Source: Eledone cirrhosa
Taxonomy: Eukaryota
Direction: 5' to 3'
NCBI GenBank assembly: GCA_964016885.1
Contig: OZ024740.1
Coordinates: 412,486,001 to 412,550,000 of the forward strand
Length of the DNA: 64,000 bases
Shown here: positions 1 to 12,922 of the stretch, in pieces
Numbering within the stretch: position 1 is the stretch's first letter
How the letters are laid out: each line of letters starts with the position of its first letter
Translations under genes and position numbers: made by a program
Notes under the pieces: model-generated
Told to the model about the DNA's origin: nothing
What the model saw: the letters and a program-made list of their open reading frames with translations, nothing else
Databases searched by the model: none

Positions 1-88
1 GCCTTATACATATATATGTGTGTGTATAAACTTATATATATATATATGTGTGTGTGTGTATGTTTATTAATGTATATATATATATGTG

Positions 89-181
89 TTTATTAAAATA
101 ACAGATTAAAGTTTAAGAAAAGAATCGGTGCTTTTACCCATAACGAGATCTGCGGATTTTAGCCTTCATATTTATTATTAT

Positions 182-185
<4 letters not shown>
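89..185. mobile_element. Collapsed remnant of PLE family-A foldback (start of short arm fused to long-arm tail)
   Basis: 89-150 matches 51205-51268; 154-185 matches the tail at 11567-11598; flanked by TA/TG repeats. Confidence 0.7.
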
Positions 186-248
<63 letters not shown>

Positions 249-530
249 ACACACGTGTGCTTGTGTGTGTACGTATGTGTGCTTTCTATTGATATTTGAC
301 GAAAGGATACAAGTGACACACCTTCTCAGAACCCCACCTGTCTGCCACTTGCTGGCGAACAAAATCAAATCACCTCTTTTCTTAACAATTGCTTTTTTTC
401 CAACATTTGTTCACTAATCCGCTGTATTTTGGGTTAATCCTTGCAATATCCTCATTGGAGTTGACCTGGCTTTCTCAACAATCTTAACTGTTTCAAGCCC
501 AGCACAACATTCTCTAACTAAATCGCTAAA

Positions 531-1097
531 TAATTGTTTCTACTTTTGGGAGATGGCCAGCAATTATCACAGTATATTACTGGTACTTTATTTTATCGAC
601 CCCGTAAAGATGAAAGTCAAAATTAACCTCGGCGAGATTTGAACTAGACCCTAAAGGGCCGTAACTCTTTGTTGCAAGGTATGGCGTCCGACCCTCTACC
701 GATACTGCAATCCCCAAATAATTGTTTCTACTTTTGGCACAAAGCCAGCAATTATTCCAGTGCATTACTGGTACTTTATTGTCTCGACCCCGTAAGGATG
801 AAAGGCAAAGTTAACCTCGGCGGGATTTGAACTCAGATCATAAAGGGCCGTAACTCTATGCTACAAAGCATTGTGTCCGATTCTCTACCAATACTGCCAA
901 TTCACCGCCAAATAATTGTTTCTACTTTTGGCACAAGGCCAGCAATTAGCCAGTACATTAGTGGTACTTTATTTTATCGACCCCGTAAGGATGAAAGGCA
1001 AAGTTAACCTTGGTGGGATTTGAACACAGATTGTAAAGGGACGTAACTACGCTGGAAAGCATGTTCGACCCTCTACCGATACTGCCAATTCACCGCC
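531..1097 (-). mobile_element. Three tandem copies of a tRNA-derived SINE (~190 bp, Nin/Deu-like core)
   Basis: Minus strand has A box TGGCAGTATCGG, B box GAGTTCAAATCC and core GCCTTTCATCCTTACGGGGTCGATAAAATAAAGTACCAG; units separated by AAATAAT. Confidence 0.9.
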
Positions 1098-1403
1098 AAA
1101 TAATGACACATGTTCATGATTTTTAATATCGTTTACACATTCATTGTATATATTATCGTACGATTTTACTCACAGTCACACACATATGCCAGCAATATAT
1201 TACCAACGTGATCAAGGATCTAAGAAAGAATTCTATAAATTTCAAAACGCCTGATCACTAGACTTGGTAGAACTAAGTACACGTTATAAACCATTTGATC
1301 TCTAAAGAATATCGACCATCAAAAAAGTTATTCTTATCATTTTACTTTCAAATACAGTACCAACACTTTTCATTTTATAATATATATATATGTATATATA
1401 TAT

Positions 1404-1478
<75 letters not shown>

Positions 1479-2321
1479 TGGTTCGTCAAGTATGAAATTT
1501 GTAGAAACTTGTAAAAAGAAAGAAATTTCTACAAATGTTATACTTGTTAACAAAATAGGTGTGGGTGTGTACGTATGTGTGCGTTTTTATGACTTTATGT
1601 ACATGCATGTGTATATGTGTGTACCTATCCTTTATTGAAATTAATGCAGGTGTAAACCACTTTCACCAAGCAATGCGATAACATGTTTCTAAGATAAATC
1701 AATGTGTATACAAGGAACGAATAACTGTTTCGTTTGTAGCTAGCAACAGAAGATGTTTACTAACCGGTACCAGATCTGATTGCAGCCTATACTTTCCAAG
1801 AGAGCGGAGGGGGAAAATTGGGGAGGGATAAACATATGTTTATCTCGTTACACGTTTTTTACTCGTTATCAGGCTCAAGGCAATTCATAATTACATAATT
1901 ACATATTAAATACACGTATAACGAGAGGGATCATATCCTTGCGTCATGCACCCTTCCGAAAAGTGCAAACTTGTATTGATGTATGTATGTACTGAAGTAC
2001 AAAGTATGTATGTACAGAAATGTAAACGCAAGCTTTAGTATTTTTATCCTTTCTATATAAGTTCGTCTATTGCTATACCCTCGTGGACCACACACCACTT
2101 TCTTTGTCAGTTGACGCATTTGGCCTGCTTTTTCTTTTATATTTGTGTAAGTCGCTTAAGGGAACAATTCCTGTCTACCTGATTTGTGCCCCAATGTTCA
2201 CTGGAGTGAACGCTACTAACTTTAGACCAGCGAAACCGAAGTGATTTCCGGAGGTTGACTGAAGAAATGGAACTGTCAGTGTGTCCGTTGATATTTTTCC
2301 ATTATCTCTGTCCTCCGATTT

Positions 2322-2461
<140 letters not shown>

Positions 2462-2715
2462 TGAGTGATTGTGTGTGTATGTGATTGTGTGTGTATGTGT
2501 GTGTGTATGTGTGTGTATTCCTCCTTATGAAGATTTCAATATAAAATGTGTAATGGTAATTAAGGCTACTGATCTCAACCGTCTGAATGTTTCACATAAT
2601 ATTCTCAACTGACTTCATTCAGTTTAATATGTATTGCTCTTGCATTATATCTAACGTCAGAACTATATTTCAAAAGTTATATGAAGTAAACGAATGTCTG
2701 ATTAGGGTTTTCTAT

Positions 2716-3400
2716 ATATAACTTTGATAACTTATTGGCCCAGACCATGTCTAACTGAATAGCACCACCTGACGAAGTCTCTCAAATCAGGATTTGGGAA
2801 CCATGGGTCACTCAAGTAGAGAGTTATTGTTTACGGAAGCATCTCCGGGTGTAGGAGGTATAACCGGAATATCTTGAAGGAATTTGTCCAAAGACATCTT
2901 GAACTTGATGGGGTCTGTCTCTGTTTTAATATGTTTTAGTGTAATGTTAAAGAGAGCGGGGCCAATTGCAGTAAAATAATTATGCCGTATTGTTGTTATG
3001 AGATGCGAGTGAGATTGTTGTCGTGGGCAGAGAGCACGGGGCCCAAGTCTTGCGTGTACCTTAAATGTGATGGCAACATCATTTGGGAAAAGCTGATGCA
3101 ATATTTTCCACATCATGCAGATAATGTAACGCCCATGGTGACGTTGGAAAGAATAAAGATTGAGCTTTTCTAATCGACTCCAATAGTCAAGGCCTGTCAT
3201 GCCATCTATCTTTTTTTGTAATTGATGTTTGGGGTGCTTCAACTTTCATGATACTTTGTTTCCTGTGGAGAGACCACAGTGGACAACAGTATTCAAAATT
3301 GGGTCGGGAAAAAGTGGAAAACAGAAGGATAACAGTGTGGATATCTCTCGACTGGAAAGTTCTGAGAATACAGGAACACATTCTGCGGTCAATGTCAACT
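2716..3400 (-). mobile_element. 5'-truncated CR1-like LINE: ORF2 C-terminus plus 3' UTR, frameshifted
   Basis: Motifs RPNFEYCCPLWS, LDYWSRLEKLNLYS and FKMSLDKFLQDIP..P.PG..NNSLL, typical of CR1-group ORF2 ends. Confidence 0.85.
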
Positions 3401-3619
3401 TTGCTGTATATGTAAACTATAAATTCCCGGTGCCTTGCTCTATATTTCAATTATAATATTTATATTGACAGAATCTTGACCAAGAACACAGGAGATGGCC
3501 ATTTGCATTACCAGAAAATATTTAGGTTTTTGCCACCGATTTGTCACATTCAGTATCTAATTTATAACGATATTTTCTTCCCTTGTTCAGGAGAAATATA
3601 ATTCTCAGGAAAATGTTCA

Positions 3620-4260
3620 CGTAGGCATCCTCAAACCGGGGGTCTGACATTGATTGATCAAGCAAATTGACTCCATGCCCTGCCTTCCTTCTCCACTGGC
3701 ACGCAGATAGACAACCATAGCCTGCGCATCGGTGTTTCCCTGAGGCTCGGCCTCCGGATCTGCCAGCCACACCAATGTCACTGCGGTTCCACCGTGGACT
3801 CTTTCGGCCTCCACCAGCTTTCATGTCGCCACAGTGTCGGCCGCATTCCACGCCAACGAGGTCATTAAGCATGGCTTGGACGCTGCAGGCTTCCCTTCCA
3901 AGCTCGAGCCGGTTGGGCTGGATCGAGGGGACGGCAAAAGGCCAGATAGCATGACCATCTTCCCGTTCCACGGCGGCGAACCCCTCGTCTGTGATGCCAC
4001 TTGCATCGACACTTTCTGCAGCCGCAATCTGCGACTGACCCAGGTTCTGCTGCACGTTGGTCTGAGGGGGCCAAACTCCTCAAATACCGGTCGCCCTCCG
4101 ACAGGTTTGCGGTCGTACACCTGGCAGTGGAGACTTCTGGTGTCATCGGCCCCAGGGTACCTCCTTACTCACCACCATACTCCCTTGCCGTCTTCCGGGG
4201 AAACGCCTTCTCCATTCTGTCCGCCGGGGCTCTGAGTGAGCCCTATCGCGTACCGTCGTA
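3620..4260 (+). mobile_element. CRE-clade non-LTR retrotransposon 3' fragment (zinc knuckle plus restriction-like endonuclease)
   Basis: [17 protein letters not shown] knuckle; EPVGLDRGDGKRPDSMTIFPF...CDATCIDT RLE motif; C-terminal LAVFRGNAFSIL; GC-rich relative to flanks. Confidence 0.8.
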
Positions 4261-5061
4261 GTTGTTGTATACAAATATTAACTAATCAATCCCATTATGT
4301 TTTTCACTCTATCTATAGGAAAAGGTTGTTTTGTGAAAGAGTGCGACAGATTAAATCTACCAGCCAAGTAGGCCTCACACGAATTTAAGCACAGAATACA
4401 AGCTTTGGAAATAATTAACTCCATCCGATGCTGTAACAATTCCACTAGCCCACCCCTTCAGATTGGTATTAATCTGTTGACGGGAGATGCAAACTTATCT
4501 ACGAATTGTCACCCTGTTTGAATATTAGGAACACTTAATATTCTAAAAAGATAAAACAACATATTGCATTCAGTATCCAATTAACTTCCTCATTAATAGA
4601 CCTAATAAATACATTCTCTCATATAGGATAATACGAATAGTGTTCAATGAAATAAGCTGTGTAATTGAATATAGATAAAATCTGAATATAATTAATACTG
4701 TATCGTACAATATGTTGTGCTATAGAATAATACAGGAATAAAACATAGTAAATATGATACAGTTTTCGTGAATAGTAAAGTGGTGTGTCTTATAAAATAA
4801 AATAGAAGAGATTAATTCTTTCACAATTACATAATGAACAGAAAACTAAATATCACACGTAATGAAAATATAATTAATAATCTGAAATCTTACTACAGAG
4901 GGCAAGAGTGTAGTTTGAAAATACCTTCAAAACATAGTTGCACTTGTCTACCTTCTCCACACCAACTTTAGTCATTTATTGAATGTCTCGTGTGATGTTA
5001 AAAGAACATATATGTATGTATATATCTATTCATAGAGACCTGTGACACCAATTGATGAATC

Positions 5062-5357
5062 TAAACTATAATACAGTAAGGAGCGCGGGACTGCGTACGG
5101 TTTATAAGTTTTTTATCCCATTAGTAAAGTAAGTTGGATTATTTGGAATAAATAATTGTTTCTACTTTTGGCACAAGGCCAGCAATTATCCCAGTGTATT
5201 ACTGGTACTTTATTTTATCGACCCCTTAAGGATGAAAGGCAAAGTTAACCTCGATGGGTTTTGAACTCAGTCCGTAAAGGGACCTAACTGTGCTGCAAAG
5301 CCCATATTTTGAATAAATAATAAATGAAGATTACATAATTTATTTACTAAATTTCGT
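5062..5357. repeat. Repeat fragment homologous to 39545-39672, interrupted by a SINE
   Basis: Shares GCGGGACTGCGTACGGT and TTACATAATTTAT.TACTAAATTTCGT; the 39.6-kb copy is the empty site. Confidence 0.75.
5153..5300 (-). mobile_element. 5'-truncated SINE with TSD
   Basis: Same SINE family; GAATAAATAAT on both sides. Confidence 0.9.
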
Positions 5358-5505
5358 GGCTGTTGATTAAATATATGTTATTGTTTATTTAAAGATTCAC
5401 TTCTTAGAATTTTCAATTGTCAACACTTCCGGTTAGCAATCGCTTAAATAAACATACATATATTTCGGTCAATAATTTTGTCCTAATGCAGTTTATATAT
5501 ATCTT

Positions 5506-5675
5506 CTTTTTTAATGTATCATGGATTACGTTACTGATTACAATTTGTTTGTATATTGTCAATTTCAATTTTATTTGATGTATCATATCTACATGCATAT
5601 ATACTTGCGTATAATATCAATATACACATTACACACACCAGCAGAAAACCACACGAAGGGTGGTTTTTCTGCTAG
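5506..5675 (+). mobile_element. Helitron 3'-terminal fragment
   Basis: Hairpin GCAGAAAACC...GGTTTTTCTGC ending in CTAG followed by T; homologous to 26465-26665 downstream of the Rep/helicase relic. Confidence 0.75.
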
Positions 5676-5691
5676 TATAAATAATGTAAAG

Positions 5692-5882
5692 ATAATTGTT
5701 CCTACATTTGGCTCAAGGCCAGCAATTTCCCAGTGCATTACTGGCACTTTATTTTATCGACCCGGTACGGATGAAAGGCAAAGTCAACCTTGGCGGGATT
5801 TGAACTCAGATCGTAAAGGGACGTAACTATGCTGGAAAGCATGGCGTCCGACCCTCTACCGATACTGCCAATCCACCGCCCT
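5692..5882 (-). mobile_element. Full-length SINE inserted at the Helitron 3' end
   Basis: A/B boxes; GCTAGTATAAATAAT at 5671-5685 and 5885-5899. Confidence 0.9.
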
Positions 5883-6259
5883 CAGCTAGTATAAATAATA
5901 GCTTAGAAAATCAAGTGAAAAAGTAACTGTCGAGACGGAAAACGTGTCCGCAAATGTTACGGATTATCGAACACCAATTCTTACATTTCCAAATTTGAAA
6001 ACATGCCACTCTTTGATAATTCATAACATTCATTCGTTTACTTCCGACACTAGCAGCAAATTGATGGAATGAGAGCTCCATCGCTTTGTGAGCTCGCACG
6101 ATATTCAAGTGGTATGGAATTTGATACTTCGCACTGAGTATTAGGCTTATTTCTGGTATCTATTGGATTTTCCATGATTTCATACATTTCTGCATACCTT
6201 GTTATGTTTGAGGATGGTCATGTCGCTAAAATTGCCAATAAACGCAGACAATATTTGAT

Positions 6260-6990
6260 ATTTACTTCTGTTTCTTTAATAGTTATAATTTAGTTCGTCA
6301 CACATATTGTGACATCCTCAGTGAAGGCTTCCTTCTGTGTGCCACCACTTTCTCAAGCTATCATTTTGATTTATTCATTTGCTACCGTTTACTGTGGCAC
6401 CATTTCATGTTTGTACATGCATTTGTGTATGTATATCAGTTTGGTACGTTTATGTGGGTCTGTATGTGTGTGGCTATATAATCCTGTTTTGTGTTTTCCT
6501 ATTCTATTTTTGTGTTCTATTCTCAGTCGTTTGTTTGTTGGGTATTGTTACTACTATTCCGTTCGTGTTTTCCCATGAGGTTTGGGCTAATTTCTATTAT
6601 ATGTGTGGCCTCCATAGTTTGTCTGAGCGTTGTGTCCCTTACAAATGTGGATAGTATCTTTAATTCTCTATTATTCACTGAGTCCCTATCTTTTATTTTA
6701 AATGTTGATTGCCAAGTATTCCTCCGCTTAGCTATATATATATAATTTGAGAGAGCCATGTTGCCGATATTAACATATGCATCTGATTTCAGCGGGTTTA
6801 TTATTTGTCAGGTAAATACTCATCTCTTCACCTAGTTTAGTAGCGAGATGGTTATTCAATCGTCAAGTCTCATACTTGATTGTGAATCTCTGAATAACTA
6901 TTTACACCCACTGTTTCAGCCCATTCTATTGACATTGATCTAGGTTATTTGTCTTTTTTCACATCAAATATCTTGCAAACCAAATAGAGT
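6260..6990 (-). mobile_element. Degenerate PLE 3' end (GIY-YIG C-terminus plus HHR-like motif)
   Basis: LKILSTFVRDTTLRQTMEATHIIEISPNL resembles a GIY-YIG end; minus strand at ~6292-6322 reads CTGAGGA-T-GTCACA-atatg-TGTGAC-GAA. Confidence 0.55.
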
Positions 6991-7001
6991 AACGAATCTT
7001 T

Positions 7002-7804
7002 GTTTTGACCTGTTTAGCTTGATTTGGTTTGAGGCTTGGGTGGTTAATGCCTTCTTGAGCACCTTTTCAGTTTTGTATGGTTTCTTAACACATTGTTTAG
7101 ATCTGGTTTTTAAATATTGATCACTTTGCCAGTATGATTTCTGATTTTTGCGTTTCGCTTCGCTTTTCCTGCCCGCCGAAATGCGATTCTCGCTGAATCT
7201 TTATTTGTATTAATCTCCTGTGTCTTACAATTAACTTTTTAATAATTTCTATTGACAGGTTAATTGTATAAGTTTATTTTAAAACCACTCTGTTGAGAAC
7301 TTATTCGATTTGTGCTATTTATGCTATTTTTTGCAAGGATTTACACTGACTGAATTACTTTGCCAAAATATGGGGTTATTCCCAGTGGTTTAACTTACCA
7401 CCGTGTCATTCACTTATATGGTACAGAGCGAAATACCTGTTGATAACGTGATATTCCTTGTTCGATCATTATACCGAAAGCTTATATTTTTAAGCAGACC
7501 GTATTTTGATTTAGGTGTCACAGAAACTCTACATCGGATTTTAACAGCAATTCCGGGAGTCCAGGTCTGGTTATCATTTATTTTTTATCATTTATTTCGT
7601 TTTGACCTGTTTAGCTTGATTTGGTTTTGGGCTTGGGTGGTTAATGCCTTCTTGAGCACCTTTTCAGTTTTGTATGGCTTCTTAGCACATTGTTTAGCTC
7701 TGGTTTTTAACTATTGAGCACTTTGCCAGTATCATTTCTGATTTTTGCGTTTCTCTTCGCTTTTCCTGCCCGCCGAAATGCGATTCTCGCTGAATCTTTA
7801 TTTG

Positions 7805-7806
<2 letters not shown>
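7002..7806. mobile_element. Unclassified element with ~208-bp terminal direct repeats (unit ~597 bp)
   Basis: 7002-7209 is nearly identical to 7599-7806; homologous to 44114-44934; right end abuts (TA)n. Confidence 0.7.
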
Positions 7807-7897
<91 letters not shown>

Positions 7898-7909
7898 GTA
7901 TATATATAT

Positions 7910-8513
7910 TCCCACGACTCCACCCGGCTCTCATCTTGTTCCCGTTCCCGCTGCAACACTTGTCCCTTTATTTCCACCCTCACCACTCTTACAGGCCCTA
8001 CGGGTCTTTCCGTATCCGCCATTTCTTTACCTGCACATCCACCCACGTTGTTTATGCCCTCCGGTGTTCCCTTTGCGAGTCTTTGTATATCGGACAAACG
8101 GGACGCCGTATGGCGGTCCGTTTTGCCGAACATTTGAGGGTCATACGACTCGGTTTGGATGTACCTTTCGCCGTCATTTCTGTTCTCCTGGTCATCCTTC
8201 CCTACATGTTTCAGTCCTGGGTGTCCTTTTACATCACAGGTCCGCGCACCAGGACTGAACAAAGTCTGATTCACCGTTTTGGGTCCTATTCCCCTCTTGG
8301 CCTCAACTCATCCCCAAATGTACTTTAATACTCCGTCCATTATCACACCCCTAGTTTCCTATCACTTACTCTTTGCTCATAGCTTAGTAGTTACATGCAC
8401 ACACACTCTTTTACTCACATATACACACATATCTCTTCTTAGCTTCGTACGGACCCAATAATAATACACACACAGAGACACGCACACGCACACACACACA
8501 CGCGCACACACAC

Positions 8514-8559
<46 letters not shown>

Positions 8560-8940
8560 ACACGCACACACACACACATGCTTACGCACGTGCTCAAGTA
8601 TAGCACTTTTTACAAAGCGTTTTTTTTTTACATTTCAGGTAGACGCGCGCCATCATCCACTTTTCTAAAAAAAATAAATCATACACAAAACGGTTTCATA
8701 TCATACACATACAACAGTTTTGCAAGAGATGTCAACATGAATGAAGCTATTATTTTTATCTAAAGACATTTTTTCAATCACATCCCGCCCGTCCCCTTAA
8801 TCTATTTTATTTCTCATTCTTTCTTCTGATGAAGGATTAGCGTCCGAAACGTTAAGACCCACTTCCTGCTATATCAAACGTTAACCTAATATATACCTTC
8901 CATATACCGTACCGATTGTGTTGTTATTTCTGTTTACCTT
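7910..8940 (+). mobile_element. 5'-truncated PLE with CCHH-type GIY-YIG endonuclease and 3' UTR
   Basis: RCNTCP, FTCTSTHVVYALRCSLCESLYIGQTGRRMAVRFAEH, EQSLIHRFGSYSPLGLN; HHR at 8822-8857. Confidence 0.9.
8822..8857 (+). ncRNA. Minimal type-I hammerhead ribozyme motif
   Basis: TCTT-CTGATGA-A-GGA(ttagcg)TCC-GAAA-CGTT-AAGA; stem I TCTT/AAGA; palindromic AACGTT helix III. Confidence 0.75.
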
Positions 8941-8954
8941 TTACATACACATAT

Positions 8955-9550
8955 TGTGGCTGCCAACTCGTTTTCGCGTACGGCCACTACTTTATATGTA
9001 GGAGAACCCCTACCGATGCGCTGAACGAGTGTGAACTTTCAGTCCAGCCAGCGACTTGAAAACTGGTACAAACACTACACTTGTGACAATTATTGACAGT
9101 GCTGGGCCCATGCTACCATGTGATGACAAGTGCAGAGAGATCTCTAGATACAAAGCAATGCCTGTGCCGTGAAGCTTTTATAATGAGCAAAGGCACTGCA
9201 CAAAGCCAGTCTCACTCATTTAACCAAGATGATATTTACCAAAAAGAAGAACACGTCAACATCATTGGATACCATCAGGGTTGCAGGTGTTATATCAGAG
9301 TTTTCCTTCTCCTATAATTCTGCCTTGACAAAGGTTAAGGGGTCATCTCTCCCGGTGATTTTGGATGGCCATTGACACTTAAGAGCTCCTTTGCCCTTTG
9401 ACAGGTTTTGTTTTTAGTCCTGTAGGATGTCCAAAGTGACCCTCCTCACCAAGAATCCTTGGTGGCGTTGCCAGTTTAGTCGCCAACGACTCGACCATGA
9501 GACAGGTTGTACTGAGATATGTGTTACCAGTAGCACCAACTGGTGACCTG
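8955..9550 (-). mobile_element. Non-autonomous bipartite RTE derivative (5' UTR fused to 3' end), copy 1
   Basis: Reverse complement of 12252-12888; TSD ACATACACATAT at 8943-8954 and 9551-9562. Confidence 0.8.
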
Positions 9551-9576
9551 ACATACACATATATATATATACATAC

Positions 9577-9691
<115 letters not shown>

Positions 9692-10534
9692 TATGTAATT
9701 TTGTGTACGTATGTGTATGTTGTATGTATGTGTGTGCATGTGTGTGTGTGCGTGTGTGTATATGTATGTATGTATATATATATGTGTATGTATATATGTG
9801 TCTGTATGAGTGTGTATATATATAAATGTATATAAGGTTGTGCGTCTGTATGTGTGCGCGCGTATGTGTGTGTATAATGTATGTTTGCGTAGGCCATGCT
9901 TGTCCGACCGGATATATGGCGCGACTTAAGCAGCCGTTATAAGGCTTGTGGCGATATGTATCTAGAAATGGGTGTGACTGTGTCTGTGGAAGTGAGGGAG
10001 AGCGTGTGTGTATATATACATATATCTATGTGTGTGGGTGTGTGGGTGTCTACGCATGTATGCGTATGTGTATGTATATTCGTATGAGTGGCTGTTTACT
10101 CTGGAGTGTGAACAGATGTGTGAGATACTGAACCCAGCATGACTTCATTGAAGTGTGTCGGACGGAAAAGGGCTGATGACCCGTGTAGCAGTACATACTG
10201 ACCAGAACTGATGATGACGTGGAGTAAAAACATCCAATGGCATGACAAGAGTGGAAGAAGTTTTATTTTAGGGTGTTTTTTTATGATAACACCCCAATGA
10301 TAAAAAGTTGCTCCGAAAAACTACCCGTGTCTGAAAGAACCTGCAGCCGTAGAATCAGCCAGATCCATACAGTGACCATCTCTCGAGCTACCTGCGGCGA
10401 AACAATTGTAAATTAAGTCCAGATCCATCACTGGTTTTTCGTTTTCTTTATACTATCTACGCTCTACTCTGCTGAATATCGAGTGCTAATTTTGGCATAC
10501 CGCCTATGGAAGTACCATAGCTACCATTATACAC

Positions 10535-10573
<39 letters not shown>

Positions 10574-11420
10574 CAATATATTAATAAATGGAAACTATAT
10601 TTATAAAACCATAATTATTCTATTATATATATTTCAACTTCCTTTAAACTTCCGTATTGTTTTTATAATCTCAATCTTTATAGTCTTAATTTATAGTCAA
10701 AATTGAAAACTGTTTTAATATATACTCCTAATTAAATAAGTTTTCCTTTCTAAACTCTCGTAAATCTTCATGAATATTTGATGTTTAAGATTTAACTTAC
10801 AACTATTAATAAATTCTGGCTAAATATAATTTGGCCAAAATTACTTTAATCAATTAAACTATACTTGGTTTTTTTTCCAAGGCAAAATACTATACATTCA
10901 AATAATTATAACCCATAACATAAAATACCCATCTAAACCTATATAGTATTAAAACATCATAATACATTTTAAATACTTCTTTTTGTAATATATCTTATTG
11001 TTTTTCATTAAATTTTAATTAAATTATAATTAAATTTTAATTAAATTTCAGGTTAAATTTTTAACTAAATTATAACAATACTCCTTTGTAAAGATTTCCT
11101 ATTAATAATTTAATTTAATTTTTTAACATTACCTTTATAAGTAATATAAACACAACATAACGAATAATATATTTACATTCTGACTACTCATCTATATAAA
11201 TTTTTTTTCTTCACTCACTTCGCCCCTCTGTTTCTTTTTCTTCTCTCTCCCTCTCACTACTCCTTATCCCTCTTTTTCCAATACTTTTTTTTTCAACATT
11301 CTTTTCTCTCTCCCTCTCAATACATTTTTCTTTCTCTCTCCATCTCAATTATTTGTTCTTTCCTTCACTCTCTCTCAATATTATATCTTTTTTTTTTTCT
11401 TCTATCTCTCTCTCTCTCTC

Positions 11421-11597
11421 TTTCACCCTTAACGGGATCTTCTGAAGATCCCGTTAAAGGTGAAAGCAGCGATTCCTTGCTTAAAATTTAATCTGTTATT
11501 TTAAGAAATATTTGCTCTACGGTTCTTATATATTTGATATATATTTATCCTTATCGAGCCCTCTTTGGATTTTAGTCTTCAAATTTATTATTATTAC

Positions 11598-11598
<1 letters not shown>
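11421..11598 (+). mobile_element. PLE family-A 3' end with a short palindromic 5' junction
   Basis: TTTCACCCTTAACGGGATCTTC-T-GAAGATCCCGTTAAAGGTGAAA palindrome, then the family-A tail into (TA)n. Confidence 0.75.
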
Positions 11599-11662
<64 letters not shown>

Positions 11663-11753
11663 GTATATGTAAGTATGTGTGTGTATGTGTGTATATATAT
11701 GTGTGTATGGATATATGTATATGTATATATGTATATGTATATATATGTATATA

Positions 11754-11806
<53 letters not shown>

Positions 11807-11833
11807 ATGTATATGCATATATATATGTGTATG

Positions 11834-11872
<39 letters not shown>

Positions 11873-11991
11873 GTATGTATATATATTTGTGTGTGTGTAT
11901 ATATATATGTGTGTATATATGTGTGCATATATATATATAGATATGTATGTGTGTGTATATATATGTATATATATATATACATATATGGGTG

Positions 11992-12038
<47 letters not shown>

Positions 12039-12124
12039 CTATCTGTGTTTGTATGTGGACACCTCTACTTACCGTGATATCTCTGTGTATATATACATAT
12101 ATGTATATATATGTATATATGTGT

Positions 12125-12170
<46 letters not shown>

Positions 12171-12251
12171 ACAGTATACATGTATGTATGTGTGTATGTA
12201 TATGCATGTATATGTGTATATGTATGTATATATGTGTGTATGTATATATAT
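11599..12251. repeat. Compound (TA)n/(TG)n microsatellite
   Basis: Direct sequence. Confidence 0.95.
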
Positions 12252-12888
12252 GTCAGGTCACCAGTTGGTGCTACTGGTAACATGTATCCCAGTACAGCCT
12301 GTCCCATGGTCGGGTCGTTGGCCACTAAACTGGCAACCCCACCAAGGTTTCTTGGTGAGGAGGGTGACTTTGGACATCCTGCAGGACTAAAAACAAAACC
12401 TGTCAAAGGGCAAAGGAGCTCTTAAGAGTCAATGGCCATCCAAAATCACCGGGAGAGATGACCCCTTAGCCTTTGTCAAGGCAGAATTCTAGGAGAAGGA
12501 AAACTCTGATATAACACCTGCAACCCTGATGGTAATCCAATGATGTTGACTTGTTCTTCTTTTTGGTAAATATCATCTTGGTTAAGAGAGTGGGACTGGC
12601 TTTGTGCAGTGCCTTTGCTCACTATAAAAGCTTCACGGCACAGGCATTGCTTTATATCTGGAGATCTCTCTGCACTTGTCCTCACATGGGCCCAGCACTA
12701 TGTGTCAATAATTGTCCTACCATGGGCCCAGCACTATGTGTCAATAATTGTCACAGGTGTAGTGTTTGTACCAGAGGTTTCAAGTCGCTGGCTGGACTAA
12801 AAAGTCACACTCGTTCAGCGCTTCGGTAGGGGTTATCCTACATGGATGTAAAGTAGTGGCCGTACGCGAAAACGAGTTGGCAGCCACC
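12252..12888 (+). mobile_element. Non-autonomous bipartite RTE derivative, copy 2
   Basis: RTE-like 5' UTR motif CTAGGAGAAGGAAAACTCTGAT; 3' C2H2-like remnant CSVCTRGFKSLAGLKSH; TSD ATGTATATATAT; 32-bp tandem duplication at ~12685-12752. Confidence 0.8.
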
Positions 12889-12891
12889 ATG

Positions 12892-12914
<23 letters not shown>

Positions 12915-12922
<8 letters not shown>

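Noticed and set aside
531-1097. tRNA gene or CRISPR-like array
   Set aside because: Units have A/B boxes but no cloverleaf and no unique spacers; they are dispersed SINE copies
2257-2300. Other degenerate HHR-like motifs (also ~23165-23215 and ~59985-60040)
   Set aside because: Core substitutions; too weak to call individually
11512-12280. Long ORFs rich in YI/CV/HT (also at 41.0-41.8 and 60.7-62.1 kb)
   Set aside because: Translations of dinucleotide microsatellites that lack stop codons; not genes
12257-12335. HDV-like ribozyme in the RTE-derived element
   Set aside because: Could not build P1/P3/L3 in the required order; a twister-like fold fits better
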